Of a DNA stretch of 64,000 bases, positions 33,020-43,018 are shown one piece after another. The notes under the pieces are model-generated. The model searched no databases. It was not told the origin of the DNA and was given only the letters and a program-made list of their open reading frames with translations. Positions within the stretch are counted from its first letter, which is position 1. Every line of letters starts with the position of its first letter. A program made the translations under genes and the position numbers. This DNA comes from an uncultured Planctomycetota bacterium. Lineage in GTDB: Bacteria; Planctomycetota; Planctomycetia; Pirellulales; Lacipirellulaceae. The stretch covers positions 416,001-480,000 of the forward strand of contig CAVRBU010000001.1 of the NCBI GenBank assembly GCA_963719315.1, written 5' to 3'.

Positions 33020-34442
33020 ATTCCTATCGCACGCTATTTCTGTTCGGCACGTTGTTAACCGTGTCGCTGGCCGCAACAACTGTTTGTGCCAAAGATTCGC
33101 AGCCGCCCAATGGTAGCCAGCGGCCCGTGAAAATACTGCTGCACCCGATGCCCGAGCCGTCTCCAGCGCTGAAGTACCGGCTGCTTCCAACGCGGCTTGG
33201 AGCAGAAACGCGAGAATGCTGCCGTTTTCTACGGGAAAGTGACCGCCGAGGAACACCCTTTTTTTAGCGACAAATGGCTGCACGAAAGAATCGTGGAATG
33301 GCAAGCGGCGCCGCTTGAGTCTCTCCGTGGTGGAAAAGTGAACCTGCCAAGTCAGGGGGGAATTGAAGAATCGTTGCGGCGCCGCGCGCAATGCATGGAT
33401 TGCGATTGGCAGCTTCCGATTAACGACGTTCCCTACTATTCCATTTTGCTTCCAGAAATTCAACAAAGCCGTGACTTCGGCCGGATTTTGGCCGCCCGGG
33501 CTCGCATCCAAATGGCAGATGGACAGTATGAAGATTCAATCTCCACGCTCCGCACTGGATTTGCTCTTGGCCGAAATGTTGCCCGCGGTGAAACTCTCGT
33601 GCAGGGCTTGGTCGGTAATGTTATCTGCGAGTTGATGGCCTATCAACTCCTCGATTTGCTCCAGCAACCAAAGGCTCCTAATCTGTATTGGGCCTTGACT
33701 GTATTGCCATACCCGCTGATCAACGTCAGGGCGGGCCTTGACGTGGAGCGGATGGCACTTGAACTGAGTTATCCAGAACTTCACAACTCGGAAACTGCGA
33801 ACCTCACTCCTGATCAATGGCGTGCGCAATATCTGAGAATCTTTTCGCAAGAGCTCGGCCTGCAGCTTGGCATGAAAGAGTCGCCCAAATGGCCTTCCGC
33901 CGATCAAATCGAAGAGCGCTGCAAGGATCGACTCGATGATGCCAAGCGATTTCTTATCCGCAATGGCTTGGGAGAGGACGCGGTGCAGAAAATGGCTCCG
34001 TATCAAGTGGCGAGCATATACTCATTGCAAGTCTTCCACGCCTATTTAGACGACGCGGCGAAAGTGTACAACCTTCCATATCGCGTTGCGGCTGCTTCAA
34101 TGGATGAAACGATCAATCGGCTGCGACGTGATCGCGTGGAAATTGTGCCCGTTGCTGAGCGCGATACTCGAATCAATCCGATCGACCCGAAGCGCATTGA
34201 TGCGTGTCGATCGAGAGATTGCCGTGTTGCGGACCCTTGAAGCACTCCGGCTACACGCGGCCGCGACGAACGGCCAACTTCCACAGCGACTCACGGAAAT
34301 TACCGAAGTACCTGTCCCCGACGATCCCGTGACGTGCAAGCCATTCACCTTTCGTCGCGACGGTGACAAGGCATTCCTCGAAGGTCCAACCTTCCGCGAC
34401 GTTCCGCTGAGCTACGAAATCACAATGGCAGCCTCAAAATAG
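33016..34442 (+). CDS. Secreted planctomycete hypothetical protein (frameshifts near 33195 and 34165)
   Basis: Three consecutive ORF pieces: signal peptide plus PEPSPALKYRLLP; NAAVFY...CDWQLP; EALRLHAA...VPVPDDPVT. Confidence 0.75.
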
Positions 34443-34447
34443 CGCGT

Positions 34448-34610
34448 CGGGTGCCACTCGCCGCGGCGAGTGCTCATCCCGTGAATAGCTTGCGGTTCGC
34501 GATCGAGCGGCGATTTCCGAAACGGACTTATAGCGTTAACCCGGTACGATGGGCTTACCGCACAGAGCAGACTGGTAACCAAACGCGAGATGCAGCTTTT
34601 GCCGGACCAA
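34448..34610. repeat. Direct repeat R, copy 1 (~163 bp)
   Basis: About 80% identical to 35218-35378; exact shared blocks gacttatagcgttaacccggtacga and gcgagatgcagcttttgccggaccaa. Confidence 0.92.
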
Positions 34611-34654
34611 TTTAACTTCCGACATCTGAACCCTAACCCCTGAACCCCGACCCC

Positions 34655-35053
34655 TCACAACTTGCGATACTGCTCGTCGCTCACGTGTTCCATCCACTCT
34701 ACGGCCTTGTCGTCGAGCTTCTCCTGCACCGCGATGTGGGTCATCGCCATCGTGGCCGACGCCCCGTGCCAGTGCTTCTCGCCCGGCGGGAACCACACCA
34801 CGTCGCCCGTCCGAATTTCCTCGACCGGCTCGCCCCACCGCTGCACCCAGCCACAGCCGGCCGTAATGATCAACGTCTGACCGAGCGGATGCGTGTGCCA
34901 CGCCGTCCGCGCGCCCGGCTCGAACGTGACACGAGCGCCAGCCACTCGCGCCGGTGCCGGCGCATCGAGCAGCGGATCGATCCGAACCGAGCCCGTGAAC
35001 CAATCTGCCGGCCCTTCGCGAGACGGCTGCGAACCTTTTCGTTTAATCTCCAT
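34655..35053 (-). CDS. Cupin domain protein (carboxymuconolactone-decarboxylase-associated type)
   Basis: [40 protein letters not shown] and [12 protein letters not shown]. Confidence 0.92.
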   Translation of the reverse strand: MEIKRKGSQPSREGPADWFTGSVRIDPLLDAPAPARVAGARVTFEPGARTAWHTHPLGQTLIITAGCGWVQRWGEPVEEIRTGDVVWFPPGEKHWHGASATMAMTHIAVQEKLDDKAVEWMEHVSDEQYRKL

Positions 35054-35217
35054 TTGTTGAATTCCTTATACGATGCCAACCGTTGTCCATCGCTCATTTG
35101 AATTGAAGGCAGTGATCGCTCCAACACCCTGCAAAATTCGCGCCGTTCGCCCTTCCATTTCGAGCGACAACTTGTCGAATCGTCGTCGGTGCCGATCGCC
35201 AAAAGCTCAACCGGTGC

Positions 35218-35378
35218 CGGGTGCCATTGGCCGTGGCGAGTACACTTCCCGTAAACAGCTTGCGGTTCGCAATCGAGCGGCGCTTTCCGAAATAGACTTA
35301 TAGCGTTAACCCGGTACGACGGGTTTGCCGCACAGCGGACCCGTCATCGTAAGCGAGATGCAGCTTTTGCCGGACCAA
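35218..35378. repeat. Direct repeat R, copy 2
   Basis: About 80% identical to 34448-34610, sharing the same two exact blocks. Confidence 0.92.
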
Positions 35379-35403
35379 ATAGCGGGCAAAAAATGCCCGC
35401 AGC

Positions 35404-35517
35404 AAACACCTGTTCCCATGCTGCACGCTGCCGCCGCGTTCCCAAGGCCCTGACACCCGAAACCGCCGACATTCGCCCACCAGCCGCTCTATTCGTCGGC
35501 GTCTGCGCCGACTCAAC
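35404..35517 (+). pseudogene. Highly decayed 5S rRNA plus terminator relic (copy 4)
   Basis: aaacacctgttcccat matches 25921-25936 exactly (16 nt; 25/30 when extended); cgccgactcaac matches 26025-26036, at an offset of 102 versus 104 nt. Confidence 0.7.
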
Positions 35518-35591
35518 GGAATAAGTCTTCAGCAAGATTCCCGTGGTACAATGACGGCGAGGCAAGCTGCCTACCCCCGGGAGATGCTGGC

Positions 35592-36966
35592 ATGAATCGA
35601 AATCTGAGTTGTACCGTCACCCTCAGCTTCACCAGCCTGCTGATCATTGCGACCTCTCGGTCACTACGTGCCGACGAGCCACAATCCTTCAAAGTCCCCG
35701 CCGACCCCGTCGCAATCGAGCTCAACAGACTCGCCATTGAGTACGATCGGCTGGAGCAGGATGCTTTCAAAGCCACACCCGAAGGCCTCGACGGTGGCGG
35801 AAAACCTGCAGACGAAACGCTGTCCGACGAAGAATGGCTCAAGCAGGGCCGCGAGCTCGAAGCGAAGTCCATTGATCCCGATGCCGAAATGCTTCCGCGC
35901 TTCTTGGAACTAGCAAAAAAACACCCGGAATCTCCTTACGCATTCGACGCGCTTTTCTTCGTGATCCGCCGCGGCGGCCCTCAAACGGGCAACGTTTACG
36001 GCAAACCTTGGCAGCTGAAAGAAGAAGCGCTCGATCTCGTCGGGAAGTCGCACGTGAATGACCCGCGCCTGTTCATCGTCCTCGAACAGCTCGGCGGAGC
36101 CTTACCCTCCCACAAAACCGAAACATTCCTAAAGCGGGTAATGGACGACGGCCCCGACAAAAACGCGCAAGCTGCCGCCGCGTACAATCTCGCCCGCTAT
36201 TACGGAACATTCGCTCACGCCCACCAGCGATTGCAACAGATCAACCTGAAAGAACATCTGCTGAACTTTGAGCGATACTGGAAAATCGTGATCACTCCCT
36301 ATTTGGTAAAGCGGTTTCCGCTCGACGAGGAACACAACTCAGCAGAAATCGATCGGCTACTCCGCCTCGTCGCCGACAAATATGCCGATGTCCCCGCATC
36401 CGACTGGAAGCTTTCCGGCCCCGGCAAAATATTCGTCGAGATAACGCCCTTCCCCAAGCCCAAAACCTACGGCGACCTGGCTCGGGCGATGTCGTTCGAA
36501 CTGAACAACATTGTCCCCGGCAAACCGGCGCCGGAAATCGAAGGCACTGACGCCGACGGCAAACCCTTTCTTCTCAGCGATTACAAAGGCAAGGTCGTCT
36601 TACTGACCTTCTCGGCCAACTGGTGCGGTAACTGCGTCGAGCTTCATCCCATGGAGCGCAAACTTAGTCGAAAAATATCGCGGCCGCCCGTTCGTTATGC
36701 TCGGCGTGAACCGCGACGAGAAAATCGACACGCTCAAAGCCGATACCGATTCGGGTGAAATCACCTGGCGCTGCTGGTGGGACGGAATGTACGGCCCCAT
36801 ACGCGAAACTTGGAACGCAAACGGCATCCCTCGCCTCATCCTGCTCGACGATAAACACACATTCTAAAATATCGCCCTAAGCCGGTTCACGACGCAGGAA
36901 GAACTCGAAAAAGCGATCGACGCACTGCTGAAACAAGTTCCGACTGGCAACACGCCACTTCCATAG
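35592..36966 (+). CDS. Secreted TlpA/redoxin-domain protein (frameshift near 36670 and in-frame TAA at 36865; possible pseudogene)
   Basis: Signal peptide; GKPAPEIEGTDADGKPFLLSDYKGKVVLLTFSANWCGNC; the downstream frame gives LGVNRD...WRCWWDG...GIP. Confidence 0.8.
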
Positions 36967-37045
36967 TTTCGGCCTTCCATCCCACTCAACGCGACGCACC
37001 TGGATCGAGGCCCACAACGCGAGCAAGAGTCATACTCAACGTGTA

Positions 37046-37116
37046 GGATGCCACTCGCCGCGGTAATTACTCTTATTGCGAATAGCTTGGGGCACGAAGT
37101 CGAGCCAGCGATTCCA
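37046..37116. repeat. Direct repeat R, partial decayed copy 3
   Basis: tgccactcgccgcgg (15 nt exact to R1), then gaatagcttg and tcgagc in the same order and with similar spacing. Confidence 0.7.
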
Positions 37117-37132
37117 ATTTTAACCTCGCGAA

Positions 37133-38695
37133 TCAAGTTACTTGGCGATTTACCGCCGCCTCCGCCAGCTCCTTCAACGCCACCCGGTCCACCTTTCCCA
37201 CCGCCGTCGTCGGCATCTCGTCGAGTACGATGATCTCGTCGGGCGCCTTGTAGCCGACGCGCGCCTTGGAAAACTGAATCAGCTCCGCCATCGTCGGTCG
37301 CGGCGCATCGAGACGCAACGTCACGTACGCGCGCACATTTTCACCGTGCACCAAATCGTGAATGCCGATGACGCCCGCGCTGGCGACGGCCGGGTGTTCG
37401 ACTAGCGAGTCTTCCACTTCCTGCGGGCAGATGTTCGAGCCGTCGTGGATGATGATCTGTTTCTTCCGGCCGCGGAACCACAGGTAGTTCTGCTCATCGG
37501 CGGTCACCAGGTCGCCCGTGTCGAGCCAGCCGTCGACGATCGTTTCCGCCGTCGCATCCGGCCGATTCCAATAGCCGATCATATTGCTGGGCGACTTGAT
37601 CCACAGCCGGCCGGTTGTCCCGATGGGCACTTCAGCGCCGTCTTCGCCGCGAACCGAGGCGGTGAACACCGGCGCCATTTGACCAATCGAGCCCACCCGA
37701 TTCCGCGGGCCACTCGGATTGTAGGTTGATGTGCCGGTCTCCGTCATGCCGTAAAGTTCCTCGATCAAGTGGCCGGCGAGCGCTGTGTACTCTTGCTCGA
37801 GCTCCGCTGAAATTTTGTCGCCACCCGACACGCAGCGCCGGATCGAGCGAAAATCCTCGCTCGTTGCACCGTGGTCTCGCGCCAAGGCAAACAACGGGAC
37901 AGGCAGCGAGCACAGCAGCGACGGCCGAGCGTTGCGAATCAGCGGCAGAAGTTCATCGGGTCCAAAAGTTCGCGCCATTGCGACTCGCGCCCCCGCCGCC
38001 AACCCCGCAAACGACAGCGATGAGCACGCCACGTGCGACGCCGACGTCGCCGGCAGAAAAACGTCGTGCGGCGTAATCCCCAGTCCGGCGATCGCGCTCG
38101 CCACCATCCAGCCGAACGTTGTGTGCGTATGCGTCACGCCTTTCGGCTTTCCTGTGCTGCCCGATGTGAAAAAGAGAAACAGCGGTGCGTCAGGCGCTGG
38201 CGCGGGCGGCAAAGGCGCCGACGGGCCATCCACGGTCATCAAATCTTCCAGACGGCGATGCACGCCGCCCGTCGCCTCAAAAGTTATGCGGCCCAGTCGA
38301 AGCTGAGGAACATATTTGCTCGCGGCTAGCACGTCTTCCAGTTCAGCGTGCGCAATCAAAAGTGACGCGCCGCTGACTTCCAAAGCATGGTCGATCTCCG
38401 GTGTTTGGTAACGATAATTGAGCGGCGACGCCACCAGCTCCGCCTTGCAGCACGCCAGGTAATGAACGATCAACTCGCCGCGATTGGGCAGCAGCGAGGC
38501 CACACGATCGCCTGGCACAAGTCCCATGACGCGATACTGCTTGGCGAGCCGCGTGGAATCCTCATCCAATTCCCGCCACGACCAGCTTCGATCCAGCAAC
38601 ACCAGAGCCGCATCGTTCGGCTTGGACTTCAAGCCGACCTCCAGCAAATCCGCAAGCCAGATCGGCCGCTCTAGTTTAGGTCCGGCAATCGCCAC
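37133..38695 (-). CDS. Class I adenylate-forming enzyme (acyl-CoA synthetase)
   Basis: FTSGSTGKPKG, YGMTE, GWLDTGD, GRKK and TAVGKVDR. Confidence 0.93.
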   Translation of the reverse strand: MAIAGPKLERPIWLADLLEVGLKSKPNDAALVLLDRSWSWRELDEDSTRLAKQYRVMGLVPGDRVASLLPNRGELIVHYLACCKAELVASPLNYRYQTPEIDHALEVSGASLLIAHAELEDVLAASKYVPQLRLGRITFEATGGVHRRLEDLMTVDGPSAPLPPAPAPDAPLFLFFTSGSTGKPKGVTHTHTTFGWMVASAIAGLGITPHDVFLPATSASHVACSSLSFAGLAAGARVAMARTFGPDELLPLIRNARPSLLCSLPVPLFALARDHGATSEDFRSIRRCVSGGDKISAELEQEYTALAGHLIEELYGMTETGTSTYNPSGPRNRVGSIGQMAPVFTASVRGEDGAEVPIGTTGRLWIKSPSNMIGYWNRPDATAETIVDGWLDTGDLVTADEQNYLWFRGRKKQIIIHDGSNICPQEVEDSLVEHPAVASAGVIGIHDLVHGENVRAYVTLRLDAPRPTMAELIQFSKARVGYKAPDEIIVLDEMPTTAVGKVDRVALKELAEAAVNRQVT

Positions 38696-38959
38696 TGTGG
38701 TTTCTTCCTATCAAAAGTCGTGGTTATGTGCATAAAAACGCACTGTGGACCCGCATTGCATTCCGCCCAGCATAACATGCCTTGGCAGTCCCAACGAAGA
38801 ATGAGTCAATCCCCAATTCTTGGCCGCTCGTAAAAGAGCTGCTCAACTTCCCCTCGCCGAGCAAGACGACTACACTCAACTGCAGCGCGACAGCGCATTT
38901 TGATGGTGAATCAGTTACAATAACGCAGAATACCCGGCGATCTTATGATCGTAGGATCG

Positions 38960-39981
38960 ATGCAAGACCAGGCTGTTGTCAACTTCGGACCCGAGAAACA
39001 CAGCGTTGAGCTGCGTGAGATTCCGCGCGCCACGATCCGCGATGGCGAGGTGTTGCTCGAAGTGCAAGCCGTCGGCGTCTGCGGCAGCGACTTGCACATG
39101 TGGACCGGCCAACAAAGCTGGCCGATGAAATACCCGGTTGTTCTCGGCCACGAATTCTGCGGTGTGATTCGCGAAGTCGGCCACAACGTTACGGGCTGGG
39201 CTGCAGGCGATCGCGTCGTCTCCGAAACGGCAGCGGTAGTCGACGCAGATAGCCCGCTGACGCGCGAGGGGCGCTACAACCTCGACCCCAATCGTCGCGG
39301 ATACGGCGCCATCATCGACGGCGCCATGCGGCGGTTTGTCCCGGTGCCCACGCGAATACTGCATCGCATGCCACCGGGCATGGCGTTCGAGCAGGCGGCA
39401 CTCACGGAGCCGTGCTGCGTCGCCTTCAACGCCGTCGTGAACAACGCGCACATTCGTCCGGGCGATCGAATTGTGGTACTCGGTCCGGGGCCCATTGGTG
39501 TGCTGTGCGGTGCGATTGCCCGATTGTGCGGGGCGGAAGTGGCGATTGTCGGTCTGGAGAACGATCGCGCTCGCCTCGACGTGGCGGCGCAGTACGGCTG
39601 TGAACCAATCATTGGTGACGCGACAACCTGGTCGCAAACGGTAGACGGCCTTGGCGCCGATGGTGTCGTGGATGCGACCGGGGTATCCGTCGCGCTTTCG
39701 GCGGCGCTGGATCTCGTGCGCCCGGCGGCTGGATTAGCAAAGTCGGCTGGGGCCCCCAGCCGCTCGGCTTCTCGCTCGATCGGCTCGTGCAGAAAAACGT
39801 CACGCTCCAAGGCAGTTTCAGCCACAACTGGCCGATCTGGGAGCGGGTCATACACTTGATCGCTTCCGGCGCGCTCGACGTGCGGCCAATCACGGGCGGC
39901 ATCTGGCCTCTCGTCGAGTGGCACGAGGCGTTTGAAACCATGCACTCCGGCCGAATCGTCAAGGCGATTCTAAAGCCGTAA
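38960..39981 (+). CDS. Zinc-binding (MDR) alcohol/sugar dehydrogenase; frameshift near 39725
   Basis: GVCGSDLH, LGHEFCG, EPCCVA and GPGPIG; C-terminus in ORF 39787-39981. Confidence 0.9.
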
Positions 39982-40054
39982 TCAGGTCTGAAACTTTCAG
40001 GATTCTTATCAGGTAACAGTTTAGCCGATTGAAGTTGTCGCGATGGACGTCTTC

Positions 40055-40300
40055 GAGGGTCGTTCAACGACCCTTGCCCAACGGCTGCGGTCTTAGGCCC
40101 GCCGTTTACGGCGGGTCCATGAGGTGCCGAAACACGATGGGGAGCCCCATCCATGGGGCTTCTCGCTTTTCGTCTCAAGCCATCGCCGCGAGAAGCCCTG
40201 TAAACAGGGCTTGGTGCTGCTCCGTGGGCCCTCACCAACCCGTCGTCAACGACGGGCCTAAGACCACCTTCGGTGGAAAGAGCCGTGAACGGCTCTGCAA
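40055..40300. repeat. Cluster of REP-like hairpins arranged as a large inverted structure
   Basis: 40089-40116 and 40238-40265 are inverted repeats (25/28), each a hairpin in itself; four more hairpins lie inside and outside. Confidence 0.75.
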
Positions 40301-40691
40301 ACCGCGAAAAAATTACCAGCTTCAAAAGTGCTCACAGAATTCGAGCGTTTTCAGAAAAAAACCAACCCACCGCGTCAATTCTTCGGGCCTCCTGCAGCAG
40401 AGCTACTTTCAGGTAAACGCGCTATTCTCGCGATTCGCATTCATAACCGGAATATCTTTCCCGGCTTGACGTAAGCCATTCTGTTTAACCAAAGCTCGCC
40501 GTTTGTGCGGGCTTGGAAATATCTCCAGTTTCTGCCGCTTCTGCCGTCCACGCTTCCACCGCCAAAGAAACCGGTGCTGGCGGTCGATCCGGTGGAACGG
40601 GGCACAACATTGTTTCCCAATCTCCTCAAGACGGCGTCTAAGGAAGGATTGCCGTCTGTGCCAGCAAATACCGCTTAGTCAGGGAGTCGAC

Positions 40692-41885
40692 ATGAAACAC
40701 ACATTGATCAGATCGCTTATTGCCTCGGCATGCGTGGCGCTCGCATTGACAGTAGGAGCAGTCTCGCCCGCCCCAGCAGAGGACCACGTTATTCGCCAAT
40801 CGCCAGAAAAATACGAGAACATTTTTCTGGGTGAAATCGAAACCACGAATTATGCCGAGTTCCGTTCGGAACCCGGCGTTGTCGGAGAGGTCGAGCTCGT
40901 ACGCGAGCGCTACCCGGACGGCAAGGTTCGGGTCGAACGTCAGGTGACTCTGGACGGCGAGGGCAACTACGTCAACCACGGCGCGTGGAAGCAGTATTCG
41001 ACCAAGGGCGATGTAGTGGCCGAAGGTCAGTACAGCTTTGGTCAGCGCGTCGGTATGTGGACCCATTGGATCGGCCGCAACGATTCAAAGCTTCTCAGCC
41101 AATACCCGTACAAGCAGTTCAAAGCACCTTTCATGTCACAGGTGAACTTCACCGACGGCAAAATGGAAGGCGATTGGATCGTCACCGACGCCAACGAGCA
41201 AAAAGTGCTGGCGATCTCGCTCAAGGCGGGCGAGCGCAATGGCACGGCAACGACCTGGTTGCCCAATGGCAAAGTCTTTTGGCAGATGACTTACGACCAG
41301 TCGGTGCCGGTCGGCGACATGCTCGAAATCAATCCGAAGACCGGCGAATTGATCGTTGCCGCGACGATTGATCGTGGCCGCAAGATCGTCACCAAGACAG
41401 ATTACTATCCGCGCAACAAGCAGATGAAGTCGCAGATCAACTATCTGGCGGCGAAATCGATCGAACAGTCCCAGGATGATTTCTGGTCGATGAAACTGGC
41501 GCAGTACGGCACGGAAGGCGACGACGTTCGGCACGGAGCGGCCAAAACGTGGTTCGCCAATGGCCAGCTCGAGCAGGAGGGCTTCTACACCAACGATAAG
41601 AAAACCGGCACGTTTACGTACTGGCACAAAAACGGCCAGATGGCTACGACCGGCGAATATCGTGATGACCAGGCCGACGGCACGTGGGTCTGGTGGCATG
41701 AGAACGGCCAGAAGTCGGCCGTTGGGAAGTACGAGCAAGGCAAACTCGTCGGCGATTGGCGATGGTGGGACGACCAAGGCAAGCTGACCAAGCAGCAAAC
41801 CTACACGGGCACCGAATCGGTTTCGACCGAGAATGAAGAGCACGTCGATGTCTCGCATCGTGCGGCCCGCGGCTCACGCCGCTAA
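40692..41885 (+). CDS. Secreted MORN-variant repeat protein (YwqK-like)
   Basis: Signal peptide; repeated G.W..W..NGQ....G.Y..G units. Confidence 0.85.
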   Translation: MKHTLIRSLIASACVALALTVGAVSPAPAEDHVIRQSPEKYENIFLGEIETTNYAEFRSEPGVVGEVELVRERYPDGKVRVERQVTLDGEGNYVNHGAWKQYSTKGDVVAEGQYSFGQRVGMWTHWIGRNDSKLLSQYPYKQFKAPFMSQVNFTDGKMEGDWIVTDANEQKVLAISLKAGERNGTATTWLPNGKVFWQMTYDQSVPVGDMLEINPKTGELIVAATIDRGRKIVTKTDYYPRNKQMKSQINYLAAKSIEQSQDDFWSMKLAQYGTEGDDVRHGAAKTWFANGQLEQEGFYTNDKKTGTFTYWHKNGQMATTGEYRDDQADGTWVWWHENGQKSAVGKYEQGKLVGDWRWWDDQGKLTKQQTYTGTESVSTENEEHVDVSHRAARGSRR

Positions 41886-41944
41886 CCGATACCCGTACGA
41901 CTTACCTGCATCGTAACTCGCAAGATTAACTTTTTCCCTGACTC

Positions 41945-41980
41945 AGCCCCGCCCGGACTATTCTCCGCGCGGGGCTTTGT
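41945..41980 (+). terminator. Rho-independent terminator
   Basis: agccccgc...gcggggctttgtt downstream of the MORN-repeat gene. Confidence 0.6.
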
Positions 41981-42121
41981 TGCTAGCTGTACTGTTTTGT
42001 CGGTGGATCGCAACGCGCGCGATGTCTTGCACTACCTTCGCCATTTTGCTATCACTCTCCGTTCCGATTCATAGTTCGACCTCGTAGTAATCAGGGGTCG
42101 GCCTCATGCGGAGGGTCGATC

Positions 42122-43018
42122 GTGCGCCGTGCGCTCATTTCGGTTGGACTGCTGCTCTTGTCCTCGGCAATGCTGGATGCCGAGTCCGTTCCGATGGCGG
42201 TGCCGGGTCAGCAACTGCCGCCGCCAGGAACAACGCAAATTGTCGGTCCGCCTAATCGCGAGTTCGCGCCCAACGCGGTCGATCAACCGTTGACGGCCTA
42301 CCCCGATCCAATGGGCGAGCCTCCCTGGTGCGAGTCGCCCTACCGCAACAGCGCCTGGCGATTCGAACTCAGCTTTATTCCGACGGTTGCCAACATTTCC
42401 GACCAGGCCTTTGGCGATTGGGAGAATAACGGCGGCGGCGCACTGCGGCTAGGTCTCGGTTACGAAGGATGTGACGGGTATGGCACACGGCTGCAATTTT
42501 GGGGGTTTGGCCAGGAGGCCGACACACCTGTAAGCGACGTTGATCTCGGCGCCTCGACATTCTATTGGGATTTCTACAAACGGTTCTTTGTCGAAGATGC
42601 CGAGCTGGTGCTGGGCGGAGGCATCGCGGGAAGCTTTTTGGAATACGACCTTAAATCGCTAAACGAGGACGCCAACTTCAGCGGCGGCGGCATCAGCGTA
42701 TTCGGCGAAGGGTTCTATCCGCTTCTGCGATTTCAGAAGACCGACATCGGCTCAATCGCCCGGGCCCGGCTCGCGTTACTTTCCGGCCGATGGGAAGACA
42801 ACGGCACGCCGTTTATCAACGACACCGACCACGACGTGATGTCGATCCTCGAGTTGGCGTGGGGCCTGGAACTCCGACGCCGCTTCGGCCGTTTGCAGGA
42901 CAAATACTGGTATATCGATATCGTGCCGGAATTTCAGCGGTGGGATAGTGCATCACTGCCCGACGCCTTCGACCCGGGTTTTCAGGGCACGAACTTCAGT
43001 TTCGGGATGGCTTGGTAG
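42122..43018 (+). CDS. Putative outer-membrane beta-barrel protein (planctomycete type)
   Basis: Signal peptide, Pro-rich linker, amphipathic strands and a terminal aromatic motif (GFQGTNFSFGMAW). Confidence 0.7.
   Translation: MRRALISVGLLLLSSAMLDAESVPMAVPGQQLPPPGTTQIVGPPNREFAPNAVDQPLTAYPDPMGEPPWCESPYRNSAWRFELSFIPTVANISDQAFGDWENNGGGALRLGLGYEGCDGYGTRLQFWGFGQEADTPVSDVDLGASTFYWDFYKRFFVEDAELVLGGGIAGSFLEYDLKSLNEDANFSGGGISVFGEGFYPLLRFQKTDIGSIARARLALLSGRWEDNGTPFINDTDHDVMSILELAWGLELRRRFGRLQDKYWYIDIVPEFQRWDSASLPDAFDPGFQGTNFSFGMAW

Noticed and set aside
34448..35378. Repeat R as a CRISPR array, integron attC, dif site or group II intron domain V
   Set aside because: Too long and too few copies for CRISPR, with no cas genes. 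No paired RYYYAAC/GTTRRRY ends, no XerD-type TTATGTTAA arm, and the DV-like hairpin lacks an AGC/CGC triad.
36865..36867. In-frame stop in the redoxin gene as selenocysteine or readthrough
   Set aside because: The codon is TAA, not TGA. It lies far from the intact WCGNC active site and is probably a substitution or sequencing error.
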